Below are positions 25,411 to 32,000 of a DNA stretch of 32,000 nt, piece by piece. Numbering within the stretch: the stretch's first letter is position 1; every line of letters starts with the position of its first letter. The notes beneath the pieces are model-generated. The model searched no databases. It worked only from the letters and a program-made list of their open reading frames with translations, and was not told where the DNA came from. The stretch is from Candidatus Nanosynbacter sp. BB002 (GTDB lineage Bacteria > Patescibacteriota > Saccharimonadia > Saccharimonadales > Saccharimonadaceae), in assembly GCF_037013405.1 (NCBI RefSeq), contig NZ_CP146064.1, forward strand, positions 570,001 to 602,000, in the 5' to 3' direction. The translations under genes and the position numbers were made by a program.

Positions 25411-27025
25411 TATCCAATTTAAATTCTATACTAATATGTTTGTCATTATTTGGCACAGTGCGTACCCAAAACGGTGAGAATTTCGTATCAACATCTTGCA
25501 CGCCTTCAATTGATTCAAGGCTAGACTGGACATCACCATAGTTCCGACCTTTTACCTGCTCCTTGACTTTGTGCTCATCAATCTCTGGGCCAATCTTTGC
25601 ATTTGCTGTTAATCGAACTTGCACGGCATTGTTGCGCTCACTGTACTGCGCAAATTTTACCTCATTAGACCCATCATTATAGATCTTCTGGTTCTTCTTG
25701 CTACCAATCTCTTTCTTGAGCGTGTCCTCCAAGAACTGCTTCATATCAGAGCGATCAATACCCTGCATACTGGCTGTCACCGTTGTTTTCAACTGAACTG
25801 TACCACTGGCTTCATGGTCAACCGCCACTGAAGGCGTAGGGTTTGAGCGAGCCTCTTGGTAGCTTTCATTGATGACGATGCTTGAAGATGGGAATAGTGC
25901 TTTGACTGCTGATTGCAGTGAAGCGTCTTTTTGGGCGTCAAGCTTAACTTTAGCTTTGGCAACATCATCAGCCGACACCACAGTCACTTCCCGACTCGAG
26001 CCGCCACTCATTGCGGTGCCCGCCGCCGAAAAGCCGCTCACATTTGAAGAGTAGCTTCGTGACGATAGATTGTATTCACTACCAACCTGAGTTGCTTGCA
26101 CCTTGACGGTTGCCACCGATTGGATGACACCGCCAGGACCAATTGAGGTGCCCGACAAGCTGGCTGGCTCTGTGCTGACAAACGTATAATCGCCCGACGA
26201 GAAGGACGTTCCAGCCGGAATTGTTAGCGTCAAGCTTGATACCGATGTTCGAACAAGGTGCATCGTACCACTTGCTTTTTCACCAACCTTTTTCTTGCCC
26301 GTAGGAGTAAAATCAACAGAGATTTCTTTCTTTTGTTCTTGACGCAATGACTTGATGGTATTGTTAGCAGCATCAACTTTGCCATCTTGCTTTAATGTGA
26401 CTGATTTATCAACGGTAGAGGTGGTCGTTTTGGCTGTGATCACCACTGTAGCATGCGGCGCAAACCAAATCGCCCAAACCATGAACAGAACAAATAGAAC
26501 GATGCCGCCGCCAATCAAGACTAATTTTTTGCGGAAAACATTAAAATCTGGGACTTTTGGCTTACCTTTGCCTGCTGGCTTAGCAGGTTTTGCTGGCTTT
26601 GTTGGCTTTTCATCCTCGGCTATAGCTGCATCGATAGCATCATCAGCCTTATTTCGTGCTTTTGGCGTCACCTTATCAGCCAATTCACCGACCGGTATCT
26701 CACTACCGTCAATCACATCATCGCCATCATCAATATCGATGGCTGGAATTTCCGCAATCTCTGGGCGAGACTGCAATGTCTTGGCCACTGGGATGCGGGC
26801 TGCGGCTGCCAAACCACTGAGCGCCTGGTCACTGGTAATCAACACGATTCGCTTCTCGGCATTCTCCGCCGCACGATTTAACAATCTCATATTGACCGCG
26901 CTCTGCAATATACCAACCCGTTTAGGAGGCACCAATGCAACGATACGCGCCTTTGAATCTTTTATCTTGCTGACGATGTTGGTGATATCGTCTTCAACAT
27001 CGATATAGATAACGTCTTTGTTCAT
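25400..27025 (-). CDS. Bitopic membrane protein of unknown function (541 aa): conserved-looking ~95-aa cytoplasmic N-domain, acidic then Lys/Pro-rich linker, one TM, ~340-aa Ser/Thr/Val-rich ectodomain
   Basis: N-domain: MNKDVIYIDVEDDITNIVSKIKDSKARIVALVPPKRVGILQSAVNMRLLNRAAENAEKRIVLITSDQ. Linker: KPTKPAKPAKPAGKGKPKVP. TM: LVLIGGGIVLFVLFMVWAIWFAP. The ectodomain segment ASGTMHLVRTSVSSLTLTIPAGTSFSSGDYTFVSTE...VKVQATQVGSEYNL recalls regions sometimes labelled baseplate-J-like; this rests on memory only and is low confidence. The ATG follows the ftsA-like TAA directly. Confidence 0.75.
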   Translation of the reverse strand: MNKDVIYIDVEDDITNIVSKIKDSKARIVALVPPKRVGILQSAVNMRLLNRAAENAEKRIVLITSDQALSGLAAAARIPVAKTLQSRPEIAEIPAIDIDDGDDVIDGSEIPVGELADKVTPKARNKADDAIDAAIAEDEKPTKPAKPAKPAGKGKPKVPDFNVFRKKLVLIGGGIVLFVLFMVWAIWFAPHATVVITAKTTTSTVDKSVTLKQDGKVDAANNTIKSLRQEQKKEISVDFTPTGKKKVGEKASGTMHLVRTSVSSLTLTIPAGTSFSSGDYTFVSTEPASLSGTSIGPGGVIQSVATVKVQATQVGSEYNLSSRSYSSNVSGFSAAGTAMSGGSSREVTVVSADDVAKAKVKLDAQKDASLQSAVKALFPSSSIVINESYQEARSNPTPSVAVDHEASGTVQLKTTVTASMQGIDRSDMKQFLEDTLKKEIGSKKNQKIYNDGSNEVKFAQYSERNNAVQVRLTANAKIGPEIDEHKVKEQVKGRNYGDVQSSLESIEGVQDVDTKFSPFWVRTVPNNDKHISIEFKLDNGR

Positions 27026-28288
27026 TTATATTTTAAGTAATCGATTAATTTTATCCATTAAGCCATTAGCATCTTGGCCACTTACCATTGTATCATATCC
27101 TACGCGCAGCAAGCCCATCGCTGTCACAAATGTGTGGTCAGTGATATCACCTGTTGTATCAGTAATGCCGACCACCTCAGACGGTTTGATGCGCTGAACT
27201 ACTGGCTTCTTTGTGAATGGTAGCTCCTTATACCACGGCTCACTCCCCAAAGCGTCAACCAATTTTTCCAAACTGGCGCCTCCACCACACAGTAAAATCC
27301 TATTTGGCAAATGATCAACACTATCAAACTCGCTTAATGCCAACTCTACCCCGGACAGCCATACCTCAAGGGTCTTATCAATCGCACTATCAAGCCGTTT
27401 CTTGACCGACGGCTTGACGTACTCATGACCAAGATTGAGTTTTAATTTTTCAGCATCTTTATAACTGAGATCAAGCTCCGTGGCAATTGTTCTAGTGAAA
27501 CTGCGACCACCGATGCCAAACATCCTGGTGCCTTCCACGCCACCGTCATTGACCACGGCAATGTCGGTCGTTCCACCACCAACGTCTGCTAAAATTGCAG
27601 TAAATGAACTATTGGCATCTGTCCCCAGCACGCTTCTACTGACCGCAAATGGCTCAGCCGCTACCGCTATCAGCTCTAGCGCCAACTCATCAGCCACCTT
27701 TTCCAGCGCACCGATGTGCACCATTGGCGCAAACGCCGTATAGATCTGCACTGCCACGTCTTTGCCCTGAAAACCGATTGGATTTGACACCTTATAGCCA
27801 TCAATGTGCAAGCTCACCAGGGCCGAGTTGACCAATTTCACTTCGACGTCTTCATTGCCAGTTTCCAGCGCGATCTGTGCTTGAGCTTTGCCTTGTGCTC
27901 GCTCCTGAACTTTTTCGATGATAAATTCCATCTCGGCAACGTCCAACGCTCGTTCTGGCTGCGGACGACGATAGCGGATGGTGTTCGTCATACCTTTGAC
28001 CAATTCTCCAGCGATGCCAATCACGACGCGTCGCGCTTGGACACCCGCCTTTTCCTCAGCTTCCGCCAAGGCTGCTTCACAGTTGGCAACTACGCCAGAT
28101 ATGTCGGCGATCGCTCCAGAGTGCATATCGCCCAGCTCTTGCTGCTTGCGACCAACACCAATCACTTCGATGACATCATTTCGCACTTCAGCGATCAAAG
28201 CCTTAACAGCTTCTGTACCAATATCTAGACTAACTAGTAGATCTCGTTCTTCTTTGTCGGTTTTTTTGAGCAAGTCTTTTAGTACCAT
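27026..28288 (-). CDS. ftsA: FtsA-family actin-like ATPase with C-terminal amphipathic helix
   Basis: 420 aa. Phosphate-1 LVSLDIGTEAVKALIAEV; IGVGRKQQELGDMHSGAIADISG; AEEKAGVQARRVVIGIAG; phosphate-2/adenosine ILADVGGGTTDIAVVNDGG...FGIGGRSFTRTIA...YKDAEKLK. The C-terminal GLMDKINRLLKI resembles the FtsA membrane-targeting helix. No ftsZ is adjacent. Confidence 0.75.
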   Translation of the reverse strand: MVLKDLLKKTDKEERDLLVSLDIGTEAVKALIAEVRNDVIEVIGVGRKQQELGDMHSGAIADISGVVANCEAALAEAEEKAGVQARRVVIGIAGELVKGMTNTIRYRRPQPERALDVAEMEFIIEKVQERAQGKAQAQIALETGNEDVEVKLVNSALVSLHIDGYKVSNPIGFQGKDVAVQIYTAFAPMVHIGALEKVADELALELIAVAAEPFAVSRSVLGTDANSSFTAILADVGGGTTDIAVVNDGGVEGTRMFGIGGRSFTRTIATELDLSYKDAEKLKLNLGHEYVKPSVKKRLDSAIDKTLEVWLSGVELALSEFDSVDHLPNRILLCGGGASLEKLVDALGSEPWYKELPFTKKPVVQRIKPSEVVGITDTTGDITDHTFVTAMGLLRVGYDTMVSGQDANGLMDKINRLLKI

Positions 28289-28295
28289 ACCCTAA

Positions 28296-28324
28296 ATTAT
28301 ATACTGCTGATGCTTTTTGAGCAA
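28296..28324 (-). promoter_or_regulatory. Promoter of the ftsA-like operon: TTGCTC-17 nt-TATAAT, 7 nt before the ATG
   Basis: On the minus strand the -35 is at 28324..28319 and the -10 at 28301..28296, then ttagggt and ATG 28288, with no SD. It lies in the 46-nt gap after the alaS stop. Confidence 0.55.
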
Positions 28325-28334
28325 ACTTTATAGC

Positions 28335-30239
28335 CTATTTTAGTACGGCTTTTACGCGTCGCACACCGGCAGAGCTGGATTCTTCTTTGATTATCTTAAA
28401 TCGTTTACCGTTTGGTGTGCCGTCATCATCCTGAGCCAATTGACCAGTGTGGTCTACGTGCGGACCACCGCAAATTTCGAAGCTGACTCGCTGGTCACCC
28501 TCGCCCATCTGATAAACCTTGACAGTATCGCCGTAGCGGTCACCAAAGGCACCAACTGCGCCCATGTTGAAAGCTTCCTCGGTTGGGTATTCAGTATAGC
28601 TAACAGGCAAGTCAGCGTCAATCCAAGTGTTAACTAGTCTCTCCACCTCGTCCAGCTGTTCACGCGTAACTTTGGCGTCATTGTTAAAGTCAAACCGCAG
28701 ACGTTCAGCAGTGATATTACTGCCGCGTTGCATGACGTGGTCGCCCAATACTCGCCTTAGTGCTGCGTACATCAGATGATTCGCCGTATGCAGTCGACGG
28801 TGTGCCATAGTCTGACCTTCCAGCCCACCTTTAAATGTACCTTTGGCGGCAGTTTGAGAACGCTTACGCTGCTCCGCCATACAGGCATCAAATTCCGCCT
28901 TCCAATCTGCCGCGAGCTGAATATGATGACGCTTGGCAATCTCGACACTCAGTTCATATGGGAAGCCATACGTATCATGCATAGTGAAGATCTCTTGACC
29001 TGTCAATCCGTCAGCAATAAAGCTCAACAAATGCTTCGTACCCTTAAGTAACGTGCGGGCAAAGGCTTTTTCTTCCTTCATCAGTGTAATGATAATCTTA
29101 TCGCGCTGTTCAGCCACCTCTGGGAAATCTTGAATATACAAATCAGCGATGACCGGCACAATTTCCTCGAAAAATGCATCCTGAATGCCCAATTCGTGCG
29201 CAAAACGAATCGCCCGGCGCAACAAACGGCGCATCACATAGCCCTGCTCCTTGTTACTTGGCACGCAACCATCAACCGCCAAAAACGTCGCCGCTCGCAA
29301 ATGATCAGCGATCACCCGCATAGCCTCAGTATGCTCTTCGTACTGTTTGCCGCTCAGGTCTTGTAATTTTTCAATGATCGGCCACATCAAGCTAATTTTA
29401 AAGACATCTGGATCATCGATAGCCGCCGCCGCGATACGCTCCAGGCCCGAACCATGGTCGATATTTGGCTTATCTAACGGCTCAAATACGCCATCGGCCA
29501 CCTTTTTGTAGGCCATAAAGACGTTATTGCCAATCTCCATAAAGCGTCCACAGTCACAGTTTGGATGGCAATGCTCGCCAAAACTTTTATCGTGCTCAAC
29601 CGAGGTGAACTCATAAAACATCTCGCTATCCGGCCCGCATGGATCCCCAATTGGCGTAGTTTCCGGCCCGCCATTGCGACTCCACCAGTTTTTGCTGCCA
29701 TCATAGTAAAAAATCCGCTCACCTGGTTTAATACCGCGTGCATAACCAGTTTCTTCTGAGCCGATATCAGCTTGACCGCTACTTAAACCTGCTTTTTCGT
29801 ATAGTTCCGCCCAAATTTCCGCCGCCTCAGTGTCTTTCGGGATATTATAGCGCTCATCACCGATGTAACAGGTGACGTAAACGCGGTTCATGTCTAGTCC
29901 AACCTCTTCCGACAAGAATTGCCACATCCAATTGATCTGCTCTTTTTTGAAATAATCACCCAAACTCCAGTTACCGAGCATCTCAAAAAAGGTCGTATGG
30001 CGATTGTCGCCAATGTCATCGATATCTTGGGCGCGCAAACAAGTCTGGCTGTCAACGATACGGTTTCCCTCAGGATGCTTGGCCTCGCCCAACAGATAAC
30101 TAATCATCGGCTGCATACCAGAGCCGGTAAATAGCGTAGTTGGGTCGTTGTGCAACACCAGCGGTGCTCGATTGACAACAGCATGACCATTGCTTTTATA
30201 AAAATCGAGGTATTTTTTACGGATATCTTGAGCTTTCAT
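28335..30239 (-). CDS. alaS: Alanine--tRNA ligase, short form (catalytic + tRNA-recognition + editing domains; no C-Ala domain)
   Basis: 634 aa. N-terminus IRKKYLDFYKSNGHAVVNRAPLV..DPTTLFTGSGMQP. Editing-domain zinc motifs HTANHLMYAALRRVLG (HxxxH) and CGGPHV (CxxxH). The protein ends at GVRRVKAVLK, the segment that closes the editing domain in full-length enzymes. Confidence 0.93.
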   Translation of the reverse strand: MKAQDIRKKYLDFYKSNGHAVVNRAPLVLHNDPTTLFTGSGMQPMISYLLGEAKHPEGNRIVDSQTCLRAQDIDDIGDNRHTTFFEMLGNWSLGDYFKKEQINWMWQFLSEEVGLDMNRVYVTCYIGDERYNIPKDTEAAEIWAELYEKAGLSSGQADIGSEETGYARGIKPGERIFYYDGSKNWWSRNGGPETTPIGDPCGPDSEMFYEFTSVEHDKSFGEHCHPNCDCGRFMEIGNNVFMAYKKVADGVFEPLDKPNIDHGSGLERIAAAAIDDPDVFKISLMWPIIEKLQDLSGKQYEEHTEAMRVIADHLRAATFLAVDGCVPSNKEQGYVMRRLLRRAIRFAHELGIQDAFFEEIVPVIADLYIQDFPEVAEQRDKIIITLMKEEKAFARTLLKGTKHLLSFIADGLTGQEIFTMHDTYGFPYELSVEIAKRHHIQLAADWKAEFDACMAEQRKRSQTAAKGTFKGGLEGQTMAHRRLHTANHLMYAALRRVLGDHVMQRGSNITAERLRFDFNNDAKVTREQLDEVERLVNTWIDADLPVSYTEYPTEEAFNMGAVGAFGDRYGDTVKVYQMGEGDQRVSFEICGGPHVDHTGQLAQDDDGTPNGKRFKIIKEESSSAGVRRVKAVLK

Positions 30240-30247
30240 ATCTGTTA

Positions 30248-30256
30248 ATTATAGCA
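30248..30256 (-). promoter_or_regulatory. Extended -10 element (TGcTATAAT) 8 nt upstream of the alaS ATG
   Basis: The minus strand reads TGCTATAAT-taacagat-ATG(30239), with no SD. It begins 8 nt after the rpsP terminator. Confidence 0.5.
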
Positions 30257-30263
30257 CAACATA

Positions 30264-30288
30264 AAATCGCCCCAAAACGAGGCGATTT
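30264..30288 (-). terminator. Rho-independent terminator after rpsP
   Basis: The minus strand reads AAATCGCCTC-gtttt-GGGGCGATTT, about 10 bp with one G-U pair. It is followed by TTTTATGTTG. Confidence 0.7.
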
Positions 30289-30304
30289 CAAATAGCTTAT
30301 ATGA

Positions 30305-30667
30305 TTATTCAGCGGATTCTTCTACTGGCTCTTCAACTGGAGCTTCTTCTTTCGGCTGGTTTTTGCGTAATTTTTCCGGGTTACGGATGGCTTTGTGCTT
30401 GTCAGCAGTTGGTTCTTTAACCCACTTTGGCAATGTGACGCCAGCTTCTTTCAACAACTTAACAACACGTGGTGTTGGCTGAGCACCATTGTCCAAATAT
30501 TTTTGTGCCAATTCAACCTGAATATTTGCTACTTTTGTGTGTGGATTGTAGCTACCAACATAGGCGACAACGCGACCGCTTGATGGGTGGCGCTGCGCTT
30601 CCTGTACAGCTAGGCGGTAGACTGGGTAGCCCTTGCGACCCAAACGTTGCAAACGAATTGCTAACAT
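30305..30667 (-). CDS. rpsP: 30S ribosomal protein S16 with charged C-terminal extension
   Basis: MLAIRLQRLGRKGYPVYRLAVQEAQRHPSSGRVVAYVGSYNPHTK is canonical S16. An extra Lys/Glu/Pro-rich tail of about 35 aa follows. Confidence 0.95.
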   Translation of the reverse strand: MLAIRLQRLGRKGYPVYRLAVQEAQRHPSSGRVVAYVGSYNPHTKVANIQVELAQKYLDNGAQPTPRVVKLLKEAGVTLPKWVKEPTADKHKAIRNPEKLRKNQPKEEAPVEEPVEESAE

Positions 30668-30745
30668 ATACTTATCTTATTCCTTCTCTTACACTCTTAG
30701 GTTAATTCTTATTCTGTACCAGTGTACACTATTTTACTGCATGCG

Positions 30746-31798
30746 TCAATCTGTTTGGATAATCCCGCCGCCCAAACATTCCTTGCCGTCATATAGCACG
30801 GCTGATTGGCCTGGTGCGACGGCACGCTGCGGCTCAACCAGCTTCACTGCCACTTTCTCGCCAGCGTCGTTCATGTGCGCAACTTCCGCATCAATCAACG
30901 GCGCCCGGTGTCGCACCCGAACCTGATAGGCGCCGTCTTTTGGCGGCTGGCCAATCCAGTGAACGTCAGCCAGTGTCAACTCTTTACGCCAGAGATTTTC
31001 ATTATCAATTGAGCGCGACACGTAAACTTCGTTCTTCGCCATATCCTTGCCAACAACATAATACGGCAAGCCGCCACCAATATTTAGACCATGCCGCTGC
31101 CCCAAAGTGTAAAATATCGCCCCATCGTGCCGACCAACAACCACACCTGTTTGCTGATCGATGATATCGCCCGGACTCGTCTCGACATATTCTGACAAAA
31201 ACTCGCGAATCCCCACTTGCCCGACGAAGCAAATCCCCATCGATTCCTTTTTACTAGCCGTCCACAAGCCCCGCTCTTTGGCCATCTCGCGCACCTCAGC
31301 CTTGGTAAAATCACCCAGCGGGAACATGGTCTTTGCGAGTGCCTCCGACGTCACCCGGTAGAGGAAATAGGTTTGGTCTTTATTGTCATCACGAGCTTGC
31401 AGCAAGCGCCCCTCGTTCGTCCTAGCATAATGCCCCGTCGCAATATACTCCGCACCCGCTGCCAACGCCGCCTCCAAAAACAACTTAAACTTCACCTCTT
31501 GATTGCACATCACATCAGGATTTGGCGTGCGACCCGCTTGATATTCGCGAATCATATAGTCAACGACATTTTGCTTGTACTCTTTTTGAAAATCGAACAC
31601 CTGAAAATCGATCCCCAGCCCCACCGCCACGCGCTTGGCATCAGCCACATCTTCTGCCCACGGACAATGCATGCCTGGCAGATCTTCCGACCAGTTTTTC
31701 ATATACACGCCAGTCACCTCGTGGCCTTGCTCAACCAATAGCGCTGCCGCTACCGACGAATCAACGCCGCCCGACATACCGACGAACACCCGAGCCAT
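30746..31798 (-). CDS. mnmA: tRNA 2-thiouridine(34) synthase MnmA
   Basis: 350 aa. PP-loop VGMSGGVDSSVAA, GVYMKNW, catalytic Cys regions (PNPDVMCN, SMGICFVG), and C-terminal GQSAVLYDG..CLGGGII. Confidence 0.95.
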   Translation of the reverse strand: MARVFVGMSGGVDSSVAAALLVEQGHEVTGVYMKNWSEDLPGMHCPWAEDVADAKRVAVGLGIDFQVFDFQKEYKQNVVDYMIREYQAGRTPNPDVMCNQEVKFKLFLEAALAAGAEYIATGHYARTNEGRLLQARDDNKDQTYFLYRVTSEALAKTMFPLGDFTKAEVREMAKERGLWTASKKESMGICFVGQVGIREFLSEYVETSPGDIIDQQTGVVVGRHDGAIFYTLGQRHGLNIGGGLPYYVVGKDMAKNEVYVSRSIDNENLWRKELTLADVHWIGQPPKDGAYQVRVRHRAPLIDAEVAHMNDAGEKVAVKLVEPQRAVAPGQSAVLYDGKECLGGGIIQTD

Positions 31799-32000
31799 CA
31801 GCGTGTTCCTCCAATGGTAAACAAGCCAATTTTGATCAATTCACCAACTGCCAACCACCAACCCCACGGCGTCAGCCACCACAAATCACCCCAATGTTTA
31901 TCACGACTGACTGGGTGTGACAGTACTTCCACCCCAGGCACCTGCGCCGCAAACTCAGACCGAGCTCGTTGCATATGATAACCACTAGTCACCAAAATGA
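31798..32000 (-). CDS. DUF218 (YdcF/SanA-like) protein, C-terminal part; 5' end lies beyond the window
   Basis: The frame is open to the window edge. (I)LVTSGYHMQRARSEF is the conserved DUF218 motif (LVTSxxHMxRA). The stop TGA overlaps the mnmA ATG by 1 nt (TGATG). Confidence 0.7.
   Translation of the reverse strand, partial: ILVTSGYHMQRARSEFAAQVPGVEVLSHPVSRDKHWGDLWWLTPWGWWLAVGELIKIGLFTIGGTR

Overview
Gene-dense chromosomal segment with 29 protein-coding loci, 25 of them on the minus strand. I saw no rRNA, tRNA, CRISPR array, transposase or integrase. All calls rest on by-eye motif recognition; no searches were run.

Most content is housekeeping: uvrC, uvrA, sbcB (ExoI), obg, alaS, rpsP, mnmA, ruvX, mltG, trxA and an FtsA-family actin-like ATPase. 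Also present are a MsbA-type ABC exporter, DedA, HAD, cupin, UDG-family, DUF488, a CPBP protease, a LysM-CHAP wall hydrolase, a type IV pilin-like gene and a YvlD/holin-IV-like gene.

The LAXTG sorting signal, the LysM-CHAP enzyme and alaS-ruvX-mltG synteny suggest a monoderm-type envelope. The short genes (634-aa AlaRS without C-Ala, 537-aa UvrC), tiny spacers and overlapping genes suggest a reduced genome. A Saccharibacteria/Patescibacteria-like origin is my guess and cannot be proven from this window.

Stand-out items:
1. A 2094-aa secreted, LAXTG-anchored protein (beta-helix, LRR, helical stalk, C-terminal beta domain). Its stalk is 4.43 nucleotide-identical 555-bp tandem repeats.
2. An FtsA-like gene abutting (TAA-ATG) a 541-aa bitopic membrane protein of unknown function. 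The pair is inserted into the conserved alaS-ruvX-mltG cluster.
3. A LysM-CHAP hydrolase whose signal anchor lies upstream of any canonical start codon, behind a consensus promoter and a leader of about 200 nt.
4. Widespread leaderless-type promoters, with a -10 box 6-9 nt from the ATG.
5. A small gene-decay patch (frameshifted flavodoxin plus fragments).
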